64,000 bases of DNA from positions 33,955 through 97,954 of the forward strand of contig JAZGFI010000103.1 of the NCBI GenBank assembly GCA_036479435.1, written 5' to 3'. Shown piece after piece: positions 28,460 to 38,499 of this stretch. The position numbers were made by a program, and so were the translations under genes. The notes beneath the pieces were generated by a model that did no database searches, had not been told where the DNA came from, and saw only the letters and a program-made list of their open reading frames with translations. The DNA comes from Planctomycetota bacterium. Lineage in GTDB: Bacteria; Planctomycetota; GCA-002687715; DRQF01. Each line of letters begins with the position of its first letter. The stretch's first letter is position 1.

Positions 28460-29404
28460 ATGATCGAAGTTCACAACTTATTCAAACGTTTCGGGGCCTT
28501 TGAGGCTTTGAATTTCGTCAGCTTTGAAGTGGAAAAAGGAGAGTCGGTCGGTCTTTTGGGCGTCAACGGCGCGGGCAAGACCACGACGATGCGGATCTTG
28601 TCCTGTTTTTTGCCGCCAAGCTCTGGCACCGTAAAGGTGGGCGGGCATGACGTCGTTTTTGGCTCCGGCTCCGTCCGCAAGATCATCGGTTACCTCCCCG
28701 AAAACGTCCCACTTTACGGTGCGATGCGAGTCGATGAGTTTTTGCGTTATCGCGCAAAACTCAAGGGAATACGCGGACGCGAGGTCAAAGAGAGCGTCGA
28801 TCGAGTTCTCGGCATGGTTCACCTTGATGGCCGCCGGCGCAGCCTGATTCAGACCCTGTCGAAGGGTTTGCGCCAACGTGCTGGGCTCGCTGACGCCTTG
28901 GTGCACAATCCGGATCTGCTCATCCTCGATGAGCCGACTTCCGGTCTCGATCCCACCCAAAGGATTGAGGTGAGAGAAATGGTGAAGTCTTTGAAAGAGG
29001 ACCACACGATTCTGATCTCGAGCCACATTCTTCCTGAAATCGAAGCTTCCTGTGATCGCGTCGTGGTCATTAACGACGGCACCGTGGTCGCCGAGAAAAA
29101 GATCGACGAGTTGCGACGCTTCGGCGATTCGGACCGTTTCCAAATATTGGTGCGCGGTGACAAAGAGACGATCTTGAAAGTGCTCGAGGAGCAAATTGAC
29201 CTCAGGGTTGAGGACAGCGAAGAGCGCGCCACATCGGAGTTCCTTTTCTCCCTTTCGACCCCTGATCGCGAAAATGGCCGGGCGGACGTGAACCGGCGGC
29301 TAGTACGGGCGGACTTTGCCGTGCTCGGACTCATGAGCCGTGACCTGAGCCTCGAAGAGGCCTTCGTTCGTCTGATCAAAGCGGGGGAGGGTGCTTCAAA
29401 GTGA
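28460..29404 (+). CDS. ABC transporter ATP-binding protein (GldA-like, ABC-2 subfamily)
   Basis: Walker A GVNGAGKTT, signature SKGLRQRAGLADAL, Walker B LLILDEPTSGLD, H-loop SSHIL. C-terminal extra domain. Confidence 0.8.
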   Translation: MIEVHNLFKRFGAFEALNFVSFEVEKGESVGLLGVNGAGKTTTMRILSCFLPPSSGTVKVGGHDVVFGSGSVRKIIGYLPENVPLYGAMRVDEFLRYRAKLKGIRGREVKESVDRVLGMVHLDGRRRSLIQTLSKGLRQRAGLADALVHNPDLLILDEPTSGLDPTQRIEVREMVKSLKEDHTILISSHILPEIEASCDRVVVINDGTVVAEKKIDELRRFGDSDRFQILVRGDKETILKVLEEQIDLRVEDSEERATSEFLFSLSTPDRENGRADVNRRLVRADFAVLGLMSRDLSLEEAFVRLIKAGEGASK

Positions 29405-30132
29405 GACGCTTCTTCGTTCTGTTTGGTCGCGAACTCAAGGCGACTTTCGATTCTTTCGGGTTCTTTTTGCTCCTAGCCATCGTGATGGGCATCACCGGCT
29501 TCACTTTCCAAAACCTCTTGCAGGGAACCGGGGGTGAAATGGACTTCGCTCTGCGAGGCCTGCAGTCCTGGTTGTTTTGGCTAACCATCGTCTTGACGCC
29601 GCTGTTGACGATGCGCCTGTTTGCGGAAGAAAAGCGCTCAGGGTCTTTTGAACTGTTGATGACCGCACCGGTGTCAGACGCCCAGGTCGTCTTGGCGAAG
29701 TATTTCTCGAGCGCATTGATCTTCGCCACTTTCATGCTGCCCTTGTGGGTGCTGCATGCCTTGCTTGCTCTTTTTTTTGACGCCGAACCGGATTGGGGCC
29801 AACTCTGCGCGACGAGTATCGGCCTGTTGGGGCTCGCTATTGTCTTCCTTGCGGTGGGGCTGTTCGCATCAGCGGTGAGCAGTCAGCAGCTATGGGCCGG
29901 CATCTTGGCCCTCATCGGCAACATGGTCTTGATGGCCTTGGGGACCCTGCAGAGTTTCTTTGACGCGGGTAGTACCTTCAGTCGATTCTTCCGGTACATC
30001 AATCTCAGCGAACACCTTGGCACCGCGCTCGGTGGGGTGATTGACTTTCGCCAAACGTTGGTACAAGTCTCGCTAACTTGCCTCATCTTGTTTTGGACCA
30101 TTCGCTCGGTGGAGGTCCGCAAATGGCGTTAA
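29401..30132 (+). CDS. ABC-2 type permease (GldF-like)
   Basis: Six TM segments. GTG start overlaps the ATPase stop (GTGA). Confidence 0.6.
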   Translation: MRRFFVLFGRELKATFDSFGFFLLLAIVMGITGFTFQNLLQGTGGEMDFALRGLQSWLFWLTIVLTPLLTMRLFAEEKRSGSFELLMTAPVSDAQVVLAKYFSSALIFATFMLPLWVLHALLALFFDAEPDWGQLCATSIGLLGLAIVFLAVGLFASAVSSQQLWAGILALIGNMVLMALGTLQSFFDAGSTFSRFFRYINLSEHLGTALGGVIDFRQTLVQVSLTCLILFWTIRSVEVRKWR

Positions 30133-31754
30133 GAAAGGCCGACCCGGAAGCGCCCAGCTTCGACCGTCGCGTGCAGTCAAAGATTGCGGCCAACGTGGTC
30201 TTGGTTTCGATTCTTGCCGTCTTAGTGGTGGTGTTCGCGAACTACGGATTCATGTTGTGGGGCAAAAAGCACGATTTGCGCTACGACCTCACCGCGTCTG
30301 GCCGCCGTGAGCTGGATTCCAGCACCAAACAACTGGCGCGTCAGATCAACCACCCGGTCGACCTTTATCTCGTTACCGGCATCGACCAGGTCTTGCGTGA
30401 AGCCAGTCGTGCGAATCTCCAGGCCAATACGCCCGACGGCGGCATCTTGCGCGACATCTACCTGCCGCTTTTGCAACGATTCACCGCCGACATTGGTGCT
30501 TTGGCGCAGGAACTCAGTGCGGTCAACGACAAGATTCGTTTTCACAACTGCGAGGTGCAACGAGATCCTGAACTCGCGAATAAGTGGCGTCGCAAATTGG
30601 GCCTTGGTCCAGATCAGTTGCTGAACCACCTCGTCATTCGAAACTCAGCAAACGGCGAGCAGAAGAGCTTCAGCCTCTACCGAATCTTTGATGTCGATCT
30701 CGGCGGACCCGATCCCACGGTGGGGCACCGGCGCCCGGTCATTCGCGGCGATTTCATCGAAACGTCGCTGCGATTTGGTCTGAAGCGAGTCCTCGATGCG
30801 ACCGAACGCAAGGTCTACTTCAGTGTCGGCCACGGGGAAGAAGAGCTGTTGATGGCGCGGCAGTTCATGAGCGGCGATGGCTTTGTGTTTTCGCCTCTCG
30901 ACTTTGATCAAATTGAGAATGTCCCGACCGACGCTGACTTGGTGATCGTCGCGTCTCCTTCGCGCTCCTTTGCCGAGGCTGGCCGCAAGATTTTGGAAGA
31001 CTACTTGGAAACTGGCGGCCGCATTTTGCTGTTGCAAGGAAGGAACAACCGCGAGGACTTTCGGGGCCTTTTAGAGAAGTTCGGCTTGGCCTTATCCAGT
31101 GTCCAAGTGGGGCACCCAATTTGGAATGTCCGCGGTACGAGTCCCTACAAGTTGTCCGGCTTTGGATTTTTAGAGCCCGCTCGAACGCAACCGGCTCACC
31201 TCGTCACGGCTTCTTCGGTCGTGGAGCGCATTCCGATCTACCTTGGGTTCTCACGGGCTTACGTCGAGAACAAAGACTACGACGAACAGAAATTTCAGCG
31301 CACGCGGCTGCTATCAAGCGGCATCGATGCTGAACTCATGCCATTTGTATTCGATGGCAAAAACTGGCGACAAGCTCCTGAGAATGGCGTCACGACGGGT
31401 AATCGCGGCCTCGGCTACGCATTGACACTAGGCACAAGTGTCGCCGCCGCCAAGGAGAGTGAAGCCACGGCGGAAAAAGGGCGCGCCGTGCTTATGGCGA
31501 GCGACGAGTGGCTGAGCGGCAAACAGCTCATGGGCGGGTACAGCCTCGCCAACGCCGACGTCTTGACCAACGCAGTCTACTGGCTAACCGACAAAGAGAA
31601 GCTCATCACCGGAACGCCGCGGCGTTTTCGCGGCCGCTTTGTGACCATGGAACCGGAAGACCACACCACCTTTCGCATTCTTGGGGCGGGTCTGGTCCCG
31701 GGTTTCATCTTGCTCTTGGGCATCTTGGTCTTCTACATGAGACGGCGAACATGA
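30123..31754 (+). CDS. GldG-like ABC-type auxiliary protein (ABC-type uncharacterized transport system family)
   Basis: N-terminal TM anchor after ATG 30123, a large periplasmic domain, and a C-terminal TM segment (GLVPGFILLLGILVFYM). This architecture and its position after the ABC-2 permease are typical of GldG. Confidence 0.6.
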   Translation: MALRKADPEAPSFDRRVQSKIAANVVLVSILAVLVVVFANYGFMLWGKKHDLRYDLTASGRRELDSSTKQLARQINHPVDLYLVTGIDQVLREASRANLQANTPDGGILRDIYLPLLQRFTADIGALAQELSAVNDKIRFHNCEVQRDPELANKWRRKLGLGPDQLLNHLVIRNSANGEQKSFSLYRIFDVDLGGPDPTVGHRRPVIRGDFIETSLRFGLKRVLDATERKVYFSVGHGEEELLMARQFMSGDGFVFSPLDFDQIENVPTDADLVIVASPSRSFAEAGRKILEDYLETGGRILLLQGRNNREDFRGLLEKFGLALSSVQVGHPIWNVRGTSPYKLSGFGFLEPARTQPAHLVTASSVVERIPIYLGFSRAYVENKDYDEQKFQRTRLLSSGIDAELMPFVFDGKNWRQAPENGVTTGNRGLGYALTLGTSVAAAKESEATAEKGRAVLMASDEWLSGKQLMGGYSLANADVLTNAVYWLTDKEKLITGTPRRFRGRFVTMEPEDHTTFRILGAGLVPGFILLLGILVFYMRRRT

Positions 31755-33517
31755 AACAAAGCGGCCTCGTCGTAATGTTCTTGCTGCTAATGGCGGCATT
31801 TGCAGCGGTTTTCTACTTGCGCGGCCAAGAGGATGAAGCGCCCCCGGTCGACCCTTTGCGCAACGTCGATTTTAGCACCTTGAAGGCCGTGGTTTGTCGC
31901 GACGGCAAAGGCAGCGAATGGCGTCTGGAAATAGAGGCCGACAAGTACTTTCTGCGTTCGTCGCAGATCGCGGATGGCCTACGCGTCAGCGCCGATCAAG
32001 AACTCGCGCGACGTGTGATTTCATTGCTTAAAGAATCACGCCCGGTTCGCGACCTCGACCTCGAGTCCATCGACCCCAAAGCCTGGGGTTTGCAGCCTCC
32101 CTCACTGATCCTCGCCCTCGAGGACGGCAGCAAAGAGCACCTCATTCACGTTAGCCGCCCCGACTTGGACAACGGGGTCTTGTACTACCGGCCCGGTGAG
32201 AAAGACCTCTTTCGTGTCAACCGCCGAATTTTCGACGAGTTCCGCCGCGCGCCCTATGCCTTTCGAAATCCGCGGCTCTCATCTTTGTCTTACGCCGAGG
32301 TCCAAGGGCTTCAGATCAAGCGCCCCCATGAGTCCGTGTCGATGAGGAGATTGGGAGGGCGGTGGTTTCTCAGTCAAAAGGACCGGTTTGATCGCGCCAA
32401 TCCACTGAAGGTCGACCAGTTGGTCGCCTTTTTCGCCAATCAAAAAGGTGGCCCGCTGTCCAAAGAACGCCAGGCTCTCGACTGGCAAGAGCTAGCCGAA
32501 GTCTCGCTCAACGACGGCCTCGGCAAGATCGCACGCTACTTCGTCTACAAAACGTCCAGCAATGCCCGGATACTGGCGGCGCGGCGCGCCGACGAAACGG
32601 AATTGCGGCAGTTGCCCCTGACGGTCTTGAATCACATCACCATCACCGCAGAGCAGCTTCGCGACCCGTCGCTGATTGGCCTCGCCGAGAGCGAACTGGC
32701 CTCCATCATCATCGAAGGCCCCGGCCGTAAGCTCCCTTTGTTGCTGCGCCAAAGAGAGGGGAAGTATTGGTATGTGGGGCAAGGCCGCGTCGTGCCCCGC
32801 GTCGATCGCTCGCGATTCGAAGCCTTTCGCGACCGCGTCCTCAATCTTCGGATCGTCGAGCGCCTCGAAACGACTCCGGACTTCGATGCCTTCCTCACCA
32901 TTCGACTGAAATATGCCGGTGACCGCGATCGCCCCGACTTAGTCGTCAAACTGAGCCGCCCTCGAGACGATGGTCTGGTGTTGGCCCAACGTTCCGACGA
33001 GAAAAACGGGGTCTTAGTCGCTAAGAGCGAACTCGAGGCTCTCCAAACTCCCTACTGGAAACTCATGCAGCTCCATGTGTTTTCCGCCAGCGACGCCGCC
33101 ATCAACCATTTCACGATCGACGATCAAAAGGGTCGAGCCTTCAAACTCGAGCGCAGCGATGACGGCGTCGCCTGGCAGCGCAGCCAAGGCGAACCCCTTG
33201 GCGCAAGCCTCATGACGCCAGTCCTAAGCCGCCTCGCCTACCTCGGAGTTGCTGATTTCCTCGGCGTACTCCCCGCCGACCAAGTCAAAAAACTCTTCGC
33301 CAAGCCAAGCTGGAAAGTCAGCTGGCACTCACCCGAACAAAAAAACGAAAAGGGTATCCCCTACCGCCCTGAAACCAAAATCTGGGAAATAGGCGGCCTC
33401 GTCGACGACATCCACCACGCCTGCCGCATCAACCTTTTCCCCGGCCTCATCTTCAGCATCAAGGGCGAAGACCTCCTCTTTCTCAACGTCCTCTTCAACG
33501 CTCTCCGCGGCGCCTAA
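31751..33517 (+). CDS. DUF4340-type protein that habitually follows GldG-like genes
   Basis: ATG 31751 overlaps the upstream stop (ATGA). N-terminal TM anchor (LVVMFLLLMAAFAAVFYL), then a ~560-aa soluble region with no catalytic motifs. The gene order ATPase-permease-GldG-like-this gene matches the widespread 4-gene arrangement. Confidence 0.5.
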   Translation: MKQSGLVVMFLLLMAAFAAVFYLRGQEDEAPPVDPLRNVDFSTLKAVVCRDGKGSEWRLEIEADKYFLRSSQIADGLRVSADQELARRVISLLKESRPVRDLDLESIDPKAWGLQPPSLILALEDGSKEHLIHVSRPDLDNGVLYYRPGEKDLFRVNRRIFDEFRRAPYAFRNPRLSSLSYAEVQGLQIKRPHESVSMRRLGGRWFLSQKDRFDRANPLKVDQLVAFFANQKGGPLSKERQALDWQELAEVSLNDGLGKIARYFVYKTSSNARILAARRADETELRQLPLTVLNHITITAEQLRDPSLIGLAESELASIIIEGPGRKLPLLLRQREGKYWYVGQGRVVPRVDRSRFEAFRDRVLNLRIVERLETTPDFDAFLTIRLKYAGDRDRPDLVVKLSRPRDDGLVLAQRSDEKNGVLVAKSELEALQTPYWKLMQLHVFSASDAAINHFTIDDQKGRAFKLERSDDGVAWQRSQGEPLGASLMTPVLSRLAYLGVADFLGVLPADQVKKLFAKPSWKVSWHSPEQKNEKGIPYRPETKIWEIGGLVDDIHHACRINLFPGLIFSIKGEDLLFLNVLFNALRGA

Positions 33518-33614
33518 CTGGTGGTGCAGTGTCGCATCAGGGCCACCAAAAAGGGTGACCCTCATCTGACACTGTTACGGCGAGATGCGAAGGCCTCTAC
33601 TTTGGTGTCTTGAA

Positions 33615-35075
33615 CTATAGTTCGGCTTCGAATTCGTCGTCTTGGCGGAGCTCGCTAGCCATGGCGGTGCGGTTGGCGCCGCGCTTTTTGGCGAGGTGGA
33701 GGGCTTCGTTGGCCCGACGGAAGAGGTCGTCGGAGTCGTGGGCGTCGACGGGGAAGGTGGCCGCGCCTACGGAGGCGGTGATTTGGCTGGCGATTTCGGG
33801 GACGGAGGAGCGGAAGTCGTAGGAGGCTAAGGTCGAACGGACGCGGTCGACGTAACTTTTTCGCTCACCGACAGCCGCGACGGAGGCGCCAGTTTCGGGG
33901 AGGAGGACGGCGAACTCGTCACCACCCCAGCGGGTCACGACGTCGACCTCGCGGAAGCAGCGGCGGATGAGGCGCGCCACTTCTCTGAGAATGGTGTCGC
34001 CAGTGACGTAGCCGTTGACGTCGTTGAAGGCTTTGAAGTTGTCGATGTCGATGAGAGCGAGAGTTAGCTGTCGGCCGTAACGGCGGGCGCGCGCGAGCTC
34101 TTGACGCAACTGCCGGTCGAAGTGACGGCGATTGTAGAGCTGAGTGAGCGGGTCGATGACCGTGAGCGCGTGGAGTTCTTCGATGTTTTTGGCGTTGCGG
34201 AGGGCGACGGCAAAGTGCCCCGCGAGGAGTCTTAGCGTTTCGGCATCATCGGGTGAAAAAGCGGCGCCATCGGCGCGGTCGGCGACATTAAAAACTCCGA
34301 GGCTTAGCTGGCGATCGCGGAGCGGGACCACGAGGCATGAATTGGTGGCGTAGCCGCGTGACGGTCGATCGGGGAACTCTCGAGCGATGTCTTTGACCAG
34401 GAGTGCTTGGCCGCTTTCGGCGACGGAGCCGGCAATGGGGGCTCCGAGTTGGACCACGACTTGGGTCGGTATGTCGTCGGGGAATCCGATTCTTCTGACC
34501 ATCTCCAGGGGCTTGCCAGCTCCCGACTGCAACATGAGGGAACCACGACGAGCGCGGGAGATCTCCATCACGACTTCAAGTCCTCGGGTGAGGAGCTTGT
34601 CGCGGTCGTGCTCAAGTTCAGAGAATTCGAGCATCGCTTGGATGACTTTGCTGAGGCGGCTTTCGCGGGGTGGCAACCGCTCTTCGTCACTGACGAGGGA
34701 GCTGGTCAGATCTGTGACGGACTCGCCATCAGGGTTGCCGAGAGCGTGCAACAACGCTCCATAACCAAAGGGTTCGGCCAGCCTTTCGTCGACACTCTCG
34801 ATGTCGTCGAGGATGGCTTCTTCGGATTCGCTGATGATGAGGCGGTAGGGCGCGGCGACGTCTCGAAGCTCTCGAAGATAGTCGGCCGAATTTGCGGGAA
34901 GCAGAGCGGCTCGGGCTAAGAACGCGCCCGGTGAGTACCGCGCTGAGAGCATCGCGGCTTCTAGGTAGCTATGGGTGGGAAGGACTTCCCAACCATCGCT
35001 GCGCAGCATCGCGACAAAGTGCTCGAGGTTCGGCTCGTCGTCGGTCAGGATGACCACCGATCTGCGTGCACTCAT
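33615..35075 (-). CDS. diguanylate cyclase with N-terminal receiver-like and GAF domains (REC-GAF-GGDEF)
   Basis: C-terminal GGDEF domain with an intact GGDEF motif (RWGGDEFAVLL) and an RYGRQLTLALIDIDNFKAFND segment. A central GAF-like region. An N-terminal CheY-like fold. Confidence 0.8.
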   Translation of the reverse strand: MSARRSVVILTDDEPNLEHFVAMLRSDGWEVLPTHSYLEAAMLSARYSPGAFLARAALLPANSADYLRELRDVAAPYRLIISESEEAILDDIESVDERLAEPFGYGALLHALGNPDGESVTDLTSSLVSDEERLPPRESRLSKVIQAMLEFSELEHDRDKLLTRGLEVVMEISRARRGSLMLQSGAGKPLEMVRRIGFPDDIPTQVVVQLGAPIAGSVAESGQALLVKDIAREFPDRPSRGYATNSCLVVPLRDRQLSLGVFNVADRADGAAFSPDDAETLRLLAGHFAVALRNAKNIEELHALTVIDPLTQLYNRRHFDRQLRQELARARRYGRQLTLALIDIDNFKAFNDVNGYVTGDTILREVARLIRRCFREVDVVTRWGGDEFAVLLPETGASVAAVGERKSYVDRVRSTLASYDFRSSVPEIASQITASVGAATFPVDAHDSDDLFRRANEALHLAKKRGANRTAMASELRQDDEFEAEL

Positions 35076-35113
35076 GTCCTCAACACTCCGTCGATCTAAT
35101 ACTTCTTGGCGCT

Positions 35114-36256
35114 TCAGCTCTCAAAGTCGGCGTCAGCAGCAACGTCGGCTTCGAGGGAACCGTGGCCTACGCACTCAAATTTGAGTTCGATCCGAAGGCG
35201 CCGTCCCGGCTCCGCAGACACATCGCAGCCAATGCCACAGCGTTCGAGATTTCTTACTGCGATAGGGTAGCCAAGGCCACGTTCTACGGGATTATACAGC
35301 AAGGACAAGCCAGGTGCCGCAAGTGCTTCCAACTGACTTGAAGTAAGGCGATGGCCCTCTTCAACAAATTCTAGGATAACTTGTCCTTCATGGGCGCGCG
35401 TGGACCAAGAAAGCGAGCGAGAGCGACTGGCGGGCTCCAAGGCGGCTCGCAACAGGTAAGTGAGGGCTGACCGCAGAAGACGCGTGTCGGCCCGCACTTC
35501 GGGAAGGTCTTTGGCGAGGTTCAGGCTCAAAGGTATTGCGGATGTGCCCTGCGCTCCGATGATCTCGCGCAAAAGAGCATTGAGACGCACCGGGCCGATA
35601 TAGACGCGCCGATCTAGACGGTGACTTCGCAATAGCCGCACGATGCGGTCGATCTCGCGCAACTCCCGAAGGGTGTGTGAAATATGGCGATGGGCGGGAT
35701 CGTCGGTGGCAATATCTTGTAAGAGCAATTGCAGCCATCCTTCGGCCGCGGCCACGCGCGGTGAAAAAGCCGCGCCCAAAGCGCCCATGATGGCGGACTG
35801 GCGATCAGGATCTAAGGGCAAGGCCAATGGCGCCGCGATGGGCGGTTCACACGCCGTAGCGGCAGCCGAAACGCTTAGCTGTCGGCGAGGCCGTTTTGCC
35901 AATTGTGCAAGTTGCGCGCTGAGTTCATGGAATTGATAGGGCTCTGGCCAGGTCAATCCGACGGCCCAATTTTTGGCCCTGTTCTCGTCCTCTTTAGTAG
36001 GGCACAAAACGCAGAGGCGATCGAGGTCTGGGGCATCCGCGGGAGGAGAGGGGGCGCGCAAAAAACTGGCATGAATCACGATGCTGGGACCGATGTCAGA
36101 ATCTGAGTCTATTCCCGCAGCTCGGCACGATTCGTAGATAGAATCGAGCGAAGTGAGGTTTTTGACCTCTAATCCTTCACGAACCAAGAAGGCTACAAGA
36201 GCCCTGGCATCCGGTCCATCGGGATGAAGGAGATAGCATTGGCGCGTCATAGTCAT
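35114..36256 (-). CDS. receiver-domain protein with C-terminal histidine-kinase-like (HisKA/HATPase) region
   Basis: N-terminal REC-like fold. H-box-like HISHTLRELREIDRIV. C-terminal G-box-like GLGYPIAVRNLERCG. Sits immediately upstream of, and in the same orientation as, the GGDEF gene. Confidence 0.45.
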   Translation of the reverse strand: MTMTRQCYLLHPDGPDARALVAFLVREGLEVKNLTSLDSIYESCRAAGIDSDSDIGPSIVIHASFLRAPSPPADAPDLDRLCVLCPTKEDENRAKNWAVGLTWPEPYQFHELSAQLAQLAKRPRRQLSVSAAATACEPPIAAPLALPLDPDRQSAIMGALGAAFSPRVAAAEGWLQLLLQDIATDDPAHRHISHTLRELREIDRIVRLLRSHRLDRRVYIGPVRLNALLREIIGAQGTSAIPLSLNLAKDLPEVRADTRLLRSALTYLLRAALEPASRSRSLSWSTRAHEGQVILEFVEEGHRLTSSQLEALAAPGLSLLYNPVERGLGYPIAVRNLERCGIGCDVSAEPGRRLRIELKFECVGHGSLEADVAADADFES

Positions 36257-36512
36257 TTTTGGGGAACCGGATTTTTGGCCCCAACTAGGTCAGTTATCGG
36301 ATTCGTCGAAAAGGGTCTTTCAACGCCGACTATAGCCCTTATGGGGCCCACGGGTGCTTTTCAGCGAGTGTTTCGCAGCAAGCGCCTGGGGTCGGCGCCG
36401 CTTGCTTCGGCCCAAGATTCGTCAGATTCTGAGTTTACGTTAGGTGGGAAATCTCGATAAGACCTGTCTGGGCGCAACCGTTACCCGGCCCGTCGAGTGG
36501 ATAAGAGGAGCC

Positions 36513-37451
36513 ATGGACGTCGATCTTTCAGTGATCATCCCGGTCTTCAACGAAGAAGACAACATCGAACCGCTAGAAGCGGAGCTCCAGGCGGTGCTTG
36601 AAACACTGCCCGGACGCTCCGAAGTGATCTTTGTAGATGATGGGTCTAGCGACCGCTCCTTCGAGCGTCTTCGCGAGGTCGTTTCGCGTCGAGATTGGGC
36701 GCGCGTCGTGAAGATGAAGCGCAATTTTGGGCAGACCCAAGCCATGGCGGCCGGTTTCGACTACGCCCGAGGTAGCGTCCTCATTTGTATGGATGCCGAC
36801 CTGCAAAACGACCCCCGAGACATCCCGCGCTTGCTCGAACGCATGGATCAAGGCTTCGACATTGTGAGTGGTTGGCGCAAGGACCGAAAAGACAAGTTCC
36901 TTACGCGGCGCTTCCCCTCGATCTGCGCCAACTGGTTGATTGGGCGCATCGTCGGGGTTCGCATCCACGACTACGGCTGTTCGCTGAAGGCCTACGATGC
37001 CCGCGTGGTGAAATCCTTGAATCTCTACAGCGACATGCACCGTTTTCTCCCCGCGCTCGCATCGAAATGTGGTGCGCGCGTCACCGAGATCACCGTCAAT
37101 CACCGGGCCCGACTGCACGGTGAGAGCAAATACGGATTGTCGCGCGTTTTCAAAGTCGTGATCGATATCGCCGTCATCAAGCTCATTGTTGATTTCGCCG
37201 CGCGGCCGATCCACGCCTTTGGTCCGATCGCGGCGATCTACATGTTGGCGGTCCTGTTTACCCTCCCGTTTTTCGTGATCAATCTCGCCGTGGGATATCG
37301 CGTCAATGTTGTGATCCCAACCATCATGGTTTTGTTCGCGATGGGTGCGCTTTACTTTTTCGGTATCGGAATGCTGGCGGACCTGGTCGTCCGCGTCGGC
37401 CGCGATGACACCGCGCGCTATGCCCGCGCCACCGCGATGGAGTTGAGCTGA
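36513..37451 (+). CDS. glycosyltransferase family 2 (polyprenyl-phosphate sugar transferase-like, DPM1/ArnC type)
   Basis: LSVIIPVFNEEDNIE, DDGSSD and DADLQND (DxD) motifs. Two C-terminal TM helices. ATG 36513 is preceded by AAGAGGAG. Confidence 0.75.
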   Translation: MDVDLSVIIPVFNEEDNIEPLEAELQAVLETLPGRSEVIFVDDGSSDRSFERLREVVSRRDWARVVKMKRNFGQTQAMAAGFDYARGSVLICMDADLQNDPRDIPRLLERMDQGFDIVSGWRKDRKDKFLTRRFPSICANWLIGRIVGVRIHDYGCSLKAYDARVVKSLNLYSDMHRFLPALASKCGARVTEITVNHRARLHGESKYGLSRVFKVVIDIAVIKLIVDFAARPIHAFGPIAAIYMLAVLFTLPFFVINLAVGYRVNVVIPTIMVLFAMGALYFFGIGMLADLVVRVGRDDTARYARATAMELS

Positions 37452-37452
37452 T

Positions 37453-38499
37453 ATGAGTCGAGTTCCCGGTCTTCAGGCCGCTGAGGCAGCTGAATCCACT
37501 GATGTCATCGAGCGCTATGAGTTCGATGTCACTTTGGTCGTGGTGGCATCCGACGTGGATGTTCATCTCGACAGTTTCGTCGAGATGATCGACGCCTTTC
37601 GCCGCGTCTTCCACGAATCAAATCTGAAAGCCGAGTACATCGTCGTCGACGATGGCAACACGGGTTCGTTTTACGACCTCCTCGTTCGCTTGAATCGCGA
37701 GATCCCCAACTTCAAGGTCATCCGTTTTCGGCGCACCTTCGGCGATTCGGTGGCCCTGCAAATAGCGACGGAGCGGGCCCGTGGAGAATTCGTCATCACG
37801 AACACCTGGTACTTGCAAGTCAAGGCCGAAAGCGCACTCGACGCCATTCGCCAACTTCGCAATGGGGCGGACGTCGTCGCGGGAGTTCGCTGCCCGCGTG
37901 TCGATTCCTTCGTAGCTCGAATTCAGAGCTGGGGATTCAATGTTCTGACGCGGTTTTTGACCAACGTCGGGTTTGAAGACTTGAATTGCTCTTTCCGAGC
38001 TTTCAAGCGTCAGGTTCTCAGCGAGATCCACTTTCACGGCGACCTTTTCCGATTTGTACCCGTCTTGGCCGTCGGGCAAGGATTTCGAGTCGAAGAAATG
38101 GAAGTCACCCACGTCGCAGAGAAGGGTCCAGGGACCTTTTTGAACTTCAGCCTGTATGTTCGAAGATTTCTTGATGTCTTCAGCCTTTTCTTTCTTTTGA
38201 AATTCACGAAGAAACCACTACGTTTCTTCGGACTGACGGGATTCGCATTGGCATTCGCCGGCTTTATCGTTGCTTGCTTCTTGTTGTGGGACAAGTTTTT
38301 TGCCGCCGAAGAGATCGGAATGGTCGACAGGCCTCAAACCGTGCTAGCGGTTTTGTTGATGGTCTTGGGTCCCATCTTGCTTTCGATTGGTCTTATTGGG
38401 GAAATCATCATCTATACGCAGGGCAAGGGTCTCTCCGATTATCACATCGACACGATCCTAGGGGCAAAAGATGAGGACAAAGCACGCCGTGACGATTGA
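37453..38499 (+). CDS. glycosyltransferase family 2-like protein with C-terminal TM helices (second copy)
   Basis: GT-A fold region (VVDDGNTGS) followed by two TM helices. Paralogous in architecture to the preceding GT2 gene. Confidence 0.55.
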   Translation: MSRVPGLQAAEAAESTDVIERYEFDVTLVVVASDVDVHLDSFVEMIDAFRRVFHESNLKAEYIVVDDGNTGSFYDLLVRLNREIPNFKVIRFRRTFGDSVALQIATERARGEFVITNTWYLQVKAESALDAIRQLRNGADVVAGVRCPRVDSFVARIQSWGFNVLTRFLTNVGFEDLNCSFRAFKRQVLSEIHFHGDLFRFVPVLAVGQGFRVEEMEVTHVAEKGPGTFLNFSLYVRRFLDVFSLFFLLKFTKKPLRFFGLTGFALAFAGFIVACFLLWDKFFAAEEIGMVDRPQTVLAVLLMVLGPILLSIGLIGEIIIYTQGKGLSDYHIDTILGAKDEDKARRDD

